Part shown: positions 50,146 through 59,456 of the stretch, piece after piece
Position numbering within the stretch: the first letter of the stretch is position 1
Layout: every line of letters starts with the position of its first letter
Source: an uncultured Pseudomonadota bacterium
GTDB taxonomy: Bacteria > Myxococcota_A > Polyangia > Fen-1088
Assembly (NCBI GenBank): GCA_963779495.1
Contig: CAVZYM010000005.1
Location: forward strand, 528,241-592,240
DNA length: 64,000 nt
Direction of reading: 5' to 3'
Notes under the pieces: model-generated
What the model was told of the DNA's origin: nothing
Databases searched by the model: none
What the model saw: the letters and a program-made list of their open reading frames with translations, nothing else
Translations under genes and position numbers: made by a program

Positions 50146-51292
50146 CTACGGGCCGACGGCGATGCCGAACGGCAGGTCGATCATCTCCAGTGCTCGGCTC
50201 GGAGCGACGTCTCCGTCGGCGTCCTGGGGATAGACCGTCACGATTCCCATTCGCGAGGCGCGCCCGTAGCTGAGGATGTACATGCTGCCGGCCTTGTCGA
50301 AGGCGATCGCCAGCGGGTAATTGAGCAGCGTGGCGGGGCCCGTCAGCAAGGACGACGGCTTCAGCACGGAGTAGTTGTCCGTGGGGTTTGCCAGGGTCAC
50401 CTCGTAGGTGCCCACCGTGTCGGGAGAAGACCAGACCATCGTCAGCTTACCGTCGGGGCGAAACCTGACGGCGGTCGGTGGGCTGGCCTACGGCCCGGCC
50501 CATCAGATTGACGTTGCCCCCGGAATCTTGGCCGCCGAGGCAGGCGTCGATGTCGGTTCCCGCGCAATGAAAGGCGCCGTCAACGGGCTTCGGAACCTTG
50601 AGGCACCTACCTACCTGGGACGCCGCTCCGCAACCGATAGGGGCGACCGGTGACCAGCTCCATGCACCCAGGACGGTTGCCGCGAAGAAGTCTCCAATCA
50701 ACGCGCCGGGTGGCACCTGGGTCTGGTAAGGGTCGTTGAACATGAACACGCGGGTGTCGGCCGCGTCGCTCGACTTGGTCCACCCGACCACCGTCGGAGT
50801 CAACGTGTTCGAGATGCCCCGCGGATGGAAGCCGGACGCGAAGGTGAAGAACGGTTCGACATCTCCATTCGCCCCAGGTGGAAATACGGTGACGTCTCGG
50901 TCGAAGTTCACGACGTAGAGAGCGCCGAACCTGTCCACCTCCAGCGACTGGGGGTTCGCGAGCCTGGTCTTGGGGCCCTTGATCACGCGGGACGGCTGAT
51001 TCGATGCGCCGGGCCCGATGTCGTAGACGTAGATCGCCGCGTCTGTCTGGGAGGGCACGTAGATGTGCTCGTCGAAGACGGGGACGAGCGAGGAGCCGCC
51101 CGCGCCGCCGGGCCCGGTGGCCCCCATCCCCGCCGTCCCCTCCGCCGCCGGCGGCCCACCGCCGTTCGCGCTCCCGTCGGCGCGGTCCACGGGTGTGTCG
51201 CCTTCTGGGGGACAGGCGACCGACACCGCGCTGGCCAGGAGACAGACCATCAGGCCGTACGTCTCTCTCGTGCTCCTCATGGGATTGCTCAT
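50146..51292 (-). CDS. Secreted beta-propeller-like repeat protein (NHL/SMP-30-like repeats); probable frameshift ~50445
   Basis: Signal (MRSTRETYGLMVCLLASAVSVAC). Repeated ...G.LYVVN.D..V.VF-type blades. The C-terminal blades (NYPLAIAFDKAGSMYILSY; IVTVYPQDADGD) lie in the separate 50146..50439 ORF. Confidence 0.5.
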
Positions 51293-51428
51293 GGCAATCC
51301 CATTTGCACACCAGAGGCCACAGCGCCGGGGGCGGAAGGATGCCTGCTGGCACCGGCTGCCTGGGCACCCGCGGCGCAGGTTGAGCATCGTTTGCGCAAT
51401 CGCGCTTGCGGGCCACAATCGTGTCCGC

Positions 51429-52286
51429 GTGCCGCCGCTATCCCTCCTCGGTTTCAGCACCGCCGGCGTCGAGACCTCGATCGAGGTTCCCACCCTCGGT
51501 CTCGTCCTCGACCTCGGGCGCTGCTCGCGCACTGCCGTCAACCACCCGGTCGTCCTCGTCAGCCACGGCCACCTCGATCACGTGGGGGCCGTGGTTCAGC
51601 ACGCGGCCCGACGGGCGATGATGAAGATGGGCGAGAGCGTCTACGTCGTGCCGGCGGTGATCGCCCCCGACGTGGAGCGGCTGTTCGGCGCGGCCGAAGC
51701 CCTGGACGGCGGCGCAGTCCCGCGCCGGATCATTCCGCTCGCCGCGGGCGAAGAGCTCCCGCTCGGCAAGAACCGCTTCGTCCGCCCGTTCCCGACGTTC
51801 CACCGCGTCCCCAGCCAGGGGTACACGGTCTGGGAGCGGCGGAGCCGGCTGCGGAACGAGCTGCGCCACCTCGACGGCGCTGCCCTGGGGCAGATGCGGC
51901 GTGCCGGCCAGGCGATCGACGAGACGCACGAGGTTCCCCTGCTGTCGTTCACCGGCGACACGCGCGTCGAGGTGCTCGAGCAGACGCCCGAGCTGCAGCG
52001 GACGGAGACCCTGATCATCGAGGCGAGCTTCCTCGACGATCGCGTCGCCGTGGCGGACGCCCGCCAGATGGGCCACATCCACCTCGACGAGCTGGCCGCG
52101 CGCAAAGAGCTGTTGCCACCGCACGACGTCGTGCTCCACCACTTCTCGGCGCGCTACGGCTCTGAAGAGGTCGCCCGCCTTTGCGCCGAACGCCTGCCGG
52201 AGGAGCTGGCGGCCCGCGTCCGCCTCCTCGGTCCCGCGCCGCGGAGCGCCCCGGACGGCAGTGGCGCTCCGCACCTGGCGCGCTAG
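51429..52286 (+). CDS. MBL-fold metallo-hydrolase (RNase Z/ElaC-like)
   Basis: HxHxDH motif (VSHGHLDHVGA). GTG start chosen in frame. Further His/Asp ligands (HRVPSQGY, DTRVEV, HHFSARY). Confidence 0.7.
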   Translation: MPPLSLLGFSTAGVETSIEVPTLGLVLDLGRCSRTAVNHPVVLVSHGHLDHVGAVVQHAARRAMMKMGESVYVVPAVIAPDVERLFGAAEALDGGAVPRRIIPLAAGEELPLGKNRFVRPFPTFHRVPSQGYTVWERRSRLRNELRHLDGAALGQMRRAGQAIDETHEVPLLSFTGDTRVEVLEQTPELQRTETLIIEASFLDDRVAVADARQMGHIHLDELAARKELLPPHDVVLHHFSARYGSEEVARLCAERLPEELAARVRLLGPAPRSAPDGSGAPHLAR

Positions 52287-52468
52287 GCACGCCTGACCAC
52301 CGCCCCTCGCGCAAATCGCAAGAACGTACAATCCGCCCGCCAGCGCCGGGCCTACAACGTTCACGTACGACCCAACGGATGCGGGTGGCGTAGCGGGGCG
52401 ACGTCCACTGATTGACCGGGCTGGGTTGCCGTTGTTCGACACGCCCCGCTCAACAGAGGGAGAGCATC

Positions 52469-53239
52469 ATGCGCAGAGCACTGTCAGCACTACCCGTGTG
52501 TCTTGGTTTCGTGGCGCTCGCCGGTTGCGGCATGCCGCAAGGCGAGGGTGAAGCGGACGAGAGCGGTGAGGCGGTCGAAGAGGTCGAGCAGGTGACCGGG
52601 GCGCTGCTCGGCTCCCCCCGGATCGCCTGTCCCATCGCGATGCGGCTCACGGGACCCGGCCCTGTTCAGGATATCGGCCCCGGCGGCCTCGCGAGGCCGA
52701 TTCGCGCGAGCCTGACGAGCGCCGGGCTGACGTGCGCGGCTTCCGGCGCCGCGATCCCCGTCGACACCTTCACGACGCCGCCTGCGCCCTTCAGCCTCGG
52801 CCTTGGGCAGCAGCTGAGCTGGAGCATCAGCGGCCCTCGCGTCACCTTCGCCATCAAGACCGCCTCGATAACGGTCGGCACCTCGTCGTTCACCTGCCCC
52901 AACGAAATTTATACCGTAGCGGCCAGCACCCAATGGAGCATCCCGCAGGTGAGCGTCACCGCGACGCCGTCGGTGACCAGGAGCGGCAGCACCGTCGCCG
53001 TGACCTGCGCGTACAACATGCCGGCGTCGTCGGCTCGGGTAACGCGGCCGGCGCCCGCTGGCATCACCTGGGCGGCGGGCTCCGGCTTCTATACCAGCTC
53101 GGATTTGACGACGGCCGAGAAGACGCAGATTTGCAGCCCCCAGTGCAACACCAGCTGCACCAGCGGCTTCACCGGCGGCCACACCGAGGGCATCGCCGAG
53201 TGCATCAACTCCTGCATCGCGAGCTGCATCCGCAGGTAA
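52469..53239 (+). CDS. Hypothetical Cys-rich lipoprotein
   Basis: Signal plus lipobox (LPVCLGFVALAGCG), acidic linker, Thr/Ser-rich beta-type domain, C-terminal CxxxC cluster. Confidence 0.5.
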   Translation: MRRALSALPVCLGFVALAGCGMPQGEGEADESGEAVEEVEQVTGALLGSPRIACPIAMRLTGPGPVQDIGPGGLARPIRASLTSAGLTCAASGAAIPVDTFTTPPAPFSLGLGQQLSWSISGPRVTFAIKTASITVGTSSFTCPNEIYTVAASTQWSIPQVSVTATPSVTRSGSTVAVTCAYNMPASSARVTRPAPAGITWAAGSGFYTSSDLTTAEKTQICSPQCNTSCTSGFTGGHTEGIAECINSCIASCIRR

Positions 53240-53680
53240 GTGACCCCTCGCCCGCCGGCTACGGCCGGCGGCATACTGAGCCCGATGGGGGACTCGCATG
53301 CGATCGAACGACTGCGAACGGCGCTGATCGAGCTCTTGCCCCGGAGCTGCACGGTGACCGATGGGCCCACGACGTTCTTCTGCAGCGACGAGGTCGCCGT
53401 CGCTGCGAAGATCTTCGTGTCGACCGAGCGCGGCGCGCGCATCGCCGTGATCGCCGGGCCGGCCCGCGACATGGTCGTCGGGGTCTGGCTCGGATACGAC
53501 CTCGCCGACGAGATCTGGGCGGTCGACGCCGACGCGGGTCAGGTCGAACAGATCGGCAAGGGCAGCGACGAGCGACGCGTCCTGCACGCCGTTGACCAGC
53601 TGCGCAGCTTCGCGGTTCCGCAGCTGGTCGTCGCTCTGGAGACGATCCTGGTGCCGGCGCCCGGGCCGCCGGCGACCTAG
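53240..53680 (+). CDS. Hypothetical protein
   Basis: ORF with protein-like composition between the lipoprotein and sulfatase genes. No recognisable motifs. Start uncertain (alternative Met at 53285). Confidence 0.3.
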   Translation: MTPRPPATAGGILSPMGDSHAIERLRTALIELLPRSCTVTDGPTTFFCSDEVAVAAKIFVSTERGARIAVIAGPARDMVVGVWLGYDLADEIWAVDADAGQVEQIGKGSDERRVLHAVDQLRSFAVPQLVVALETILVPAPGPPAT

Positions 53681-56115
53681 TGCCGGGCCTGCTCGGCGGC
53701 GGCCTGCGCCTTCTTCACCTCCGCCTTCTGCTCCGGCGTCAGTGGTTCGTCCTCTAGCGTGATCTCGACCTTCTTCATCTTGCCGGTGAACCGGTAGGGC
53801 GACTTGTAGTCGGCGCTGACGGGAGAGCCGGTGTCGCAGCCGATGTCGAACGTCTCGTCGGCCGAGAAGCGCGCGAACTCCGTCTTGTCGACGCGGCCGG
53901 TGCCGACCTCCTTGCCGTTGACCAGCAGCTTGACGCTGCCCCCCTTGCCGAACCCGCCACCGTCGTAGGCGAACTCCATGCGGATCGTGCAGGGGCCCAC
54001 CGGCAGCGGCGTGGCGCCGGTGATCCGGTAGCGATCCGCCGTGAAGCAGTTGTACTCGTACACCGGCTTGCGGTTCTTCACGTAGAGCGTGAAGCCGCCG
54101 ACGATGCCCCCCTCCGCCACCAGCACGCCGTCGCCGCCGTCCGCCGGCATGTCGACGTGCGCGGTGATCGTGTGCGACCGGTTCTTGATGTTGGGCGCGC
54201 AGCTCTCCGCCACCCGGAACGTCCCGGCGTAGTACGTGAAGTCTTTTCGCCCCTCGATGAGGCTCGGGCGCATCGCGGGATCCGCCCGTTCCATGAAGCG
54301 ATCGTCGAGCGGCAGCACGTTGTATTTGCCAGCCTCCGCCATGAACAGCTCCTGCAGCTGTTTCAGCTTCAGCGGCTCCTTCGCCGACAGATCGGCGTAC
54401 TCGCTGAAGTCGTCGTCGATGTTGTAGAGCTCCCAGGTGTCCTGATCGAAGTCGACGGTGCCGGGCGCCCAGGGAAGCCGGCCGTGGAAGCAGGCCGCCA
54501 CCCATCCGTCGTGATAGATGGCGCGGTTGCCGAACATCTCGAAGTACTGGGTCCGGCGGGTCCCTTTCACGTCGGCGTCGTCGAAGCTGTAGGCGATGCT
54601 GACCCCCTCGATCGGGCGCTGGGCCACCCCATTCACCGACGTCGGCTCCGGGATGCGGGCCGCCTCCAATATGGTCGGCGCGATGTCGATGACGTGGTGG
54701 AACTGCGTGCGGATGCTGCCCGCGCCGTTGATGTGCGACGGCCAGGAGACCACCAGCGGGTTGCGCGTGCCACCAAAGTGCGAGGCGAGCTGCTTGCCCC
54801 ACTGGAACGGCGTGTTCATCGCCCAGGCCCAGCCGACCGGGTAGTGGTTGTAGGCGGTGGGACCGCCGATCTCGTCCAGCTTGGACATCAGCAGCTTGGG
54901 GTCTTCGGTCCCCCCCGCCAGCGTCACCATCTCGTTGAACGCGCCGTGCAGGCCCCCCTCGAGCGACGCGCCGTTGTCGCCGATCAGCCAGAACACCAGC
55001 GTGTTGTCGGTCTGGCCGATCTCGTCCAGCGTGTCGAGCAGGCGCCCGACCTCGTGGTCGGTCTGGGCGGTGTACGCGGCGAACGTCTCCATCAGGCGCG
55101 CGGCCACCTTCTTCTGGTCAACGGTCAAGGAGTCGTAGGCCGGGATCTGCTCGGGCCGCGGCGTCAGGTTCGTGTCCGCCGGGATCACCCCCAGCTTGAG
55201 CTGCCGCTTGAAGGTCTCCTCGCGGTACTTGTCCCAGCCCTGATCGAACTGCCCTTTGAACTTCAGGGCCCACTCCTTGGGGACGTGGTGGGGCGCGTGG
55301 GTGGCGCCGGGCGCGTAGTAGACGAAGAACGGCCGGTCGGGCGTGACCGACTTCTGCTGATGGATGTACTGGATCGCGCGGTCGGCGAGCGCCTCGTTCA
55401 GTGTGTAGTTGCCTTCGCGGCCGGGCGGGATCTCCATCTCGACCGGCCGGGTGTCCTCGTACAGGGCCGGCTGCCACTGGTTCGACTCGCCGCCGATGAA
55501 ACCGTAGAAGTGGTCGAACCCCTGCATCGTCGGCCAGCGATCGAACGGCCCCGACACGCTGGTCTCCCAGTCGGCGATGTTGTGGTTCTTGCCGAAGAAC
55601 GCGGTGCTGTAGCCGTTCTGGCGCAGCGTCTCCGCGGTCATCGCGCAGCTCTTGGGGATCTGGCCGGTGTAGCCGGGGAAGCTGTCGCCGAGCTCGGTGA
55701 TGTTGCCGGTGGCGCAGCTGTGATGGTTGCGGCCCGTGAGCAACGCCGCCCGCGTCGGCGAGCAGAGGGCGGTCGTGTGGAACCGCGTGTACCGCAGGCC
55801 GCGCTTGGCGAGGCGTTCGAGGTTGGGCGTCGGGATCTGCCCGCCGAAGGTCGACCAGCTGCCGAAGCCGGCGTCGTCGATCACGATCAGCAGCACGTTC
55901 GGCGCGCCGTCCGGGGCCTTGACGACGGGGAACGACCCCATCGTCGAGTCCTTGTAGGTCGTGCCGATGACGCCGTCGAACTTGGGAGCCGGGGCAGGTA
56001 GCACCACGTGCCCGCGCGGCGCGGCCGCCTCCGGTGTCTTCTCGACCACCGGGTGACCGTTGCCGCCGTTGCCCTTGCTCCCGTTGCGCTTCATCATGCG
56101 CTCGAAGGTGGCCAT
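53677..56115 (-). CDS. Arylsulfatase (formylglycine-dependent sulfatase family), large form
   Basis: Sulfatase signature CSPTRAALLTGRNHH (C-x-P-x-R). N-terminal metal-binding LLIVIDDAGFG. ~810 aa. Confidence 0.85.
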   Translation of the reverse strand: MATFERMMKRNGSKGNGGNGHPVVEKTPEAAAPRGHVVLPAPAPKFDGVIGTTYKDSTMGSFPVVKAPDGAPNVLLIVIDDAGFGSWSTFGGQIPTPNLERLAKRGLRYTRFHTTALCSPTRAALLTGRNHHSCATGNITELGDSFPGYTGQIPKSCAMTAETLRQNGYSTAFFGKNHNIADWETSVSGPFDRWPTMQGFDHFYGFIGGESNQWQPALYEDTRPVEMEIPPGREGNYTLNEALADRAIQYIHQQKSVTPDRPFFVYYAPGATHAPHHVPKEWALKFKGQFDQGWDKYREETFKRQLKLGVIPADTNLTPRPEQIPAYDSLTVDQKKVAARLMETFAAYTAQTDHEVGRLLDTLDEIGQTDNTLVFWLIGDNGASLEGGLHGAFNEMVTLAGGTEDPKLLMSKLDEIGGPTAYNHYPVGWAWAMNTPFQWGKQLASHFGGTRNPLVVSWPSHINGAGSIRTQFHHVIDIAPTILEAARIPEPTSVNGVAQRPIEGVSIAYSFDDADVKGTRRTQYFEMFGNRAIYHDGWVAACFHGRLPWAPGTVDFDQDTWELYNIDDDFSEYADLSAKEPLKLKQLQELFMAEAGKYNVLPLDDRFMERADPAMRPSLIEGRKDFTYYAGTFRVAESCAPNIKNRSHTITAHVDMPADGGDGVLVAEGGIVGGFTLYVKNRKPVYEYNCFTADRYRITGATPLPVGPCTIRMEFAYDGGGFGKGGSVKLLVNGKEVGTGRVDKTEFARFSADETFDIGCDTGSPVSADYKSPYRFTGKMKKVEITLEDEPLTPEQKAEVKKAQAAAEQARH

Positions 56116-56189
56116 CGGCGGCCCATCCGGGCGATCGGGCCAGGGCTTTGCGGCCGGGTCTTACGCGGGGTTGACCCGGGGCGCGCCGG

Positions 56190-56387
56190 CTACCGCGCCA
56201 GCCAGGGCACGCCGACGAGCCTCAGCGTCGCCAGCAACCCCGCCGCAAGCACCGACGCGGCGCCCGCCGCGAACACGCGCTTCACCCGTCGTCGACCCCG
56301 GTTCTCTTCCAGCCTCGCCACCATCCGTTCGACGATCTGCGCTCGTCGATCCACCACCTTCATGTCCGCGTTCGCCTTCTGCACCAT
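56190..56387 (-). CDS. Possible small membrane protein
   Basis: MVQKANADMKVVDRRAQIVERMVARLEE... with a C-terminal hydrophobic helix (VFAAGAASVLAAGLLATL). Weak evidence only. Confidence 0.25.
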   Translation of the reverse strand: MVQKANADMKVVDRRAQIVERMVARLEENRGRRRVKRVFAAGAASVLAAGLLATLRLVGVPWLAR

Positions 56388-56600
56388 CTCGATCAGCGGC
56401 GACCCCGCCACCCCCTGACCACTTCCCCATTCGCTCCCACGTTCCACGATCTCTTTTCTCCTCTCGCGTGCCTGTGAACCATCGCGGCCTCTCGCCGCGG
56501 TTGGTGCTCATATCATGACGGGCCGATGGTTAAGAATGGGTTTCGAGCGCGCGAAAAGCGTGTACACGCGCCGGAATTCTGAGTCGGGCCTGATGCGGAA

Positions 56601-57590
56601 TCAGGACGGCGGCGGGCAGGTGACGATGGGATAGCCCAGGGGGGTGCTGCAGTTTCTTCCGCAGGTGACGTCCGCGAGGCACGTGCAGCTGGTCGGGCTG
56701 GCGCCGCAGGCCGCGGGAAGCGGTCGGCAGGCGGAGAAGTACGGTGGGTCGAAGGTCCCGACGCGCTTCACCTCGCAGTAGTGCGTCGTGCGGTCGCAGC
56801 CCGTGCAGCTACCGAGAATCCCGCCGTCGCCGGCGACGGCGCAGGCATTGGTGGGATCGACGTGGACGCTGAAGGCCTGGCGCGCGCAGGTGTTGTAGTG
56901 AGACGTGCCGTCGCAGCCACAGACGGGCATCTCCAGATACGAACAGCCGTTCGGCGGGACGATGCAGTGACCCGCCAGCGTGGGCCCGTCGCAGGCGCTG
57001 GGCGTGTCGCGTTCGCAGAAGGATCCCGACGGGCAGGGGACGCTGTCGCTGCAGGGGGCGCCACCCGCGCCGCTCGAGCCGCCCCGGCCGCCGGTGCCCG
57101 CGACGTTCCCCGTTCCCCCTCGCCCACCGCCGCCGGTCCCCGCCGAGGCGCCGCCGCTCCCCGCCGAGGCGCCGCCGATCCCCGCGGCGCCGCCGCCGGT
57201 CCCCGCCACGGAGCCCCCCCGGCCGCCGATGTTCGCTCCGCCGGCTCCCGCCGCTGCCCCGCCCGTCCCGGTTGTGCCGGCGACCGAGCCGGCCGCCCCG
57301 CCCGCCCCAGTCGTACCGGCTGTCGCGCCCGCGATCCCGGCCACCCCGCCCGTCCCGGTCGTACCGGCTGTCGCGCCGGCGGCTCCTACCGCCCCGCCGC
57401 GCCCGGTCGTACCAGCGGTCGAACCGGCGGCGCCTGCCTTCCCGCCCGACCCGGTGGTACCGGCGATCGAGCCGGCGGCCCCGGCCGCGGCGTCCGTGGC
57501 GCTTCCGCCGGAACCGCCGCAGCCGAAGGCGAGCAGCGCCGCGGGGAGGACGATCGTCGCGACGCGCGAGAAGCGATGAGGCGAGGTCAT
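56601..57590 (-). CDS. Gly-rich repeat lipoprotein with C-terminal Cys-rich domain
   Basis: Signal plus lipobox (LLAFGCGG). ~150 aa of AG(T/S)TG..GG.AG ~10-aa repeats. C-terminal domain with ~16 Cys. Paralogous in style to 3456..4565 and 63250..end. Confidence 0.6.
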   Translation of the reverse strand: MTSPHRFSRVATIVLPAALLAFGCGGSGGSATDAAAGAAGSIAGTTGSGGKAGAAGSTAGTTGRGGAVGAAGATAGTTGTGGVAGIAGATAGTTGAGGAAGSVAGTTGTGGAAAGAGGANIGGRGGSVAGTGGGAAGIGGASAGSGGASAGTGGGGRGGTGNVAGTGGRGGSSGAGGAPCSDSVPCPSGSFCERDTPSACDGPTLAGHCIVPPNGCSYLEMPVCGCDGTSHYNTCARQAFSVHVDPTNACAVAGDGGILGSCTGCDRTTHYCEVKRVGTFDPPYFSACRPLPAACGASPTSCTCLADVTCGRNCSTPLGYPIVTCPPPS

Positions 57591-57640
57591 GTCGGCTCTG
57601 ATGACGTGACCCTCGGGAAACGGGTCACGATACCGCGACC

Positions 57641-57705
57641 CGCGAAGCTACTTCTGCGCGAAAGCTACTTCTGCGCGAAGCTACTTCTGCGCGAAGCTAC
57701 TTCTG
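57641..57705. repeat. Four tandem copies of a 16-17-bp unit CGCGAAGCTACTTCTG; preceded by an 8-bp-stem GC hairpin (57604..57628)
   Basis: Read from sequence. Units at 57641, 57657, 57674 and 57690. The array encodes the last ~14 codons (RSEVASRRSSFAQK) and the stop of the fpr gene in shifting phases, and lies upstream of the Gly-rich lipoprotein gene. Confidence 0.9.
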
Positions 57706-58471
57706 AACGAACGCGCGCTCGATGACGTAGTGTCCCTTGCCGTCGCTGCGACCCCTCCTCGAAGCCGCGCGCTTCGAGCAGCGCGACGGTGTCGGCCAGC
57801 ATCGCGGGGCTGCCGCAGATCATCACGCGATCGTGCGCGGGATCGAGCGGCGGCAGGCCGAGATCGGCCGGCAGCTTGTCGGTCGCCAGCAGGTCGGTGA
57901 GGCGGCCCTGGTTGCGAAACGCCTCGCGCGTGACGGTGGGGTAGTAGCGGAGCTTCTGCTTGACGTCCTCGCCCACCAGCTCGTGAGCGGGAAGCTCGTT
58001 CTCGATGTAGTCGCGGTAGCCGAGATCGCTGACGTGCCGGACGCCGTGCGCGAGGACCACCACCTCGAAGCGTTCGTACGCATCCGGATCGCGGACGATG
58101 CTCATGAACGGCGCCAGGCCGGTGCCGCTGCCCAGCAGGTAGAGCCGCTTGCCCGGCAGCAGGTGGTCGAGGATCAGCGTCCCGGTCGGCTTGCGGCCGA
58201 CGAGGATCGGATCGCCGGGCTGGATGTGCTGCAGGCGGGAGGTGAGCGGGCCGTCCGGCACCTTGATGCTGTAGAACTCGAGGTGCTCGTCGTAGTTGGC
58301 GCTCGCGAAGCTGAAGGCGCGCAGCAGCGGGCGCCCCTCCACCTCGAGCCCCAGCATCACGAAGTGGCCGTTGCGGAAGCGCAGCCCCGCGTTCCGGGTG
58401 GTCGTGAAGCTGAACAGGGTGTCGTTCCAGTGGTGGACGCTGAGGACGCGCTCTTCGCTGACGGTGCTCAT
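57665..58471 (-). CDS. fpr: Ferredoxin--NADP(+) reductase (bacterial Fpr, subclass I-like)
   Basis: FAD-binding RAFSFAS (RxYS) and NADP-binding GSGTGLAPF. ~268 aa including a repeat-encoded C-terminal extension beyond the expected ...ERAFVEK-like end. Confidence 0.85.
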   Translation of the reverse strand: MSTVSEERVLSVHHWNDTLFSFTTTRNAGLRFRNGHFVMLGLEVEGRPLLRAFSFASANYDEHLEFYSIKVPDGPLTSRLQHIQPGDPILVGRKPTGTLILDHLLPGKRLYLLGSGTGLAPFMSIVRDPDAYERFEVVVLAHGVRHVSDLGYRDYIENELPAHELVGEDVKQKLRYYPTVTREAFRNQGRLTDLLATDKLPADLGLPPLDPAHDRVMICGSPAMLADTVALLEARGFEEGSQRRQGTLRHRARVRSEVASRRSSFAQK

Positions 58472-58548
58472 GGTGTGGCGTGAGTTCTAGGCGAGCTTCA
58501 CTAATTTGAAAAACAGGTTATTCTGTATCCGTATTCGGTAACACCGAT
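58472..58548. promoter_or_regulatory. Divergent fpr-lysR intergenic region with LysR-type T-N11-A box (TTCACTAATTTGAA, ~58518..58531)
   Basis: AT-rich 77-bp gap between divergent genes. Palindromic TTCA-N6-TGAA matches the LTTR consensus architecture. Confidence 0.45.
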
Positions 58549-59428
58549 ATGCGATACACCCTGCGTCAGCTCGAGGTCTTCCTGGCGGTGGCCCGGACGG
58601 GGAGCGTCAGCCGGGCGGGCCAGGAGCTCGGCCTGTCGCAGTCGGCCACCAGCAGCTCGCTCGCCGATCTCGAGCGGCAGTTCGATCTGCAGCTGTTCGA
58701 CCGGATGGGCAAGCGGCTGCGGCTCTCCGCGCGCGGCGCGGGGCTCCGCGGCCAGGCCGAGGCGGTCCTGGAGCTCGCGCGCGATCTCGAGCGCGGCCTC
58801 GAGAGCCGCGCGGTCGAGCAGCGCCTTCGCGTCGGCGCGACGCTGACCATCGGCAACTACGTGGCCGTGCCGCTGGTGGCGCGGTTCATGCGCGAGCATC
58901 CGGCGATCGGGCTGACCCTCGAGGTCGCCAACACGGAGCAGATCGCCCGCCAGGTGGCGAACTTCGAGCTCGACGTCGGCCTCGTCGAGGGCGAGGTCGA
59001 GCACCCCGACCTCGAGACGACGGCCTGGCGCGACGATCAGCTGGTCGTGTTCTGCGGCGCGCAGCATCCCCTGGCACGCAAAGCGCCAGCTCACCGACCA
59101 GGATCTGCTCTCCGCGCCCTGGATCGTGCGCGAGCGCGGCTCGGGCACGCGGCAGGCGTTCGACCGGGCGATGCGCGGCCTGCTCCCCCAGCTTCGGGTG
59201 GCGCTCACGCTCGGCCAGACGGAGGCGATCAAGCGCGCGGTCGAGGCCGGCCTCGGGCTCGGCTGCGTCTCTCGCATCGCGCTGGAGGACGCGTTCGAGC
59301 GCGGCACGCTCAAGCCGTGTCGCGTCCCGCACCGCGACTTCCGCCGGCAGTTCTACTTCCTGCTGCACAAGCGCAAGCAGCGCGCCCCCGGGGTCGACCG
59401 CTGGCTCGCCTTCTGCCGCGAGGCGTGA
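58549..59428 (+). CDS. LysR-family transcriptional regulator, apparent frameshift ~59085
   Basis: N-terminal HTH (VSRAGQELGLSQSATSSSLADLE). The C-terminal co-inducer domain continues in ORF 59126..59428 (WIVRERGSGTRQAFD...). Junction at LARK/QLTDQDLLSAPW. Confidence 0.75.
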
Positions 59429-59456
59429 GGAGGCGCGCCGGGCACGAACGCGCGCG

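Noticed and set aside
52490-54802. 770-aa minus-strand ORF
   Set aside because: Spans three real plus- and minus-strand genes (lipoprotein, hypothetical, sulfatase) out of frame. Extreme Arg/Gly content.
56601-57590. Possible CRISPR-like periodic repeats in Gly-rich regions (also 3600..3960, 63700..64000)
   Set aside because: The repeats are in-frame coding repeats (Gly/Ala/Thr codons) with degenerate units and no spacer structure. No cas genes are present.
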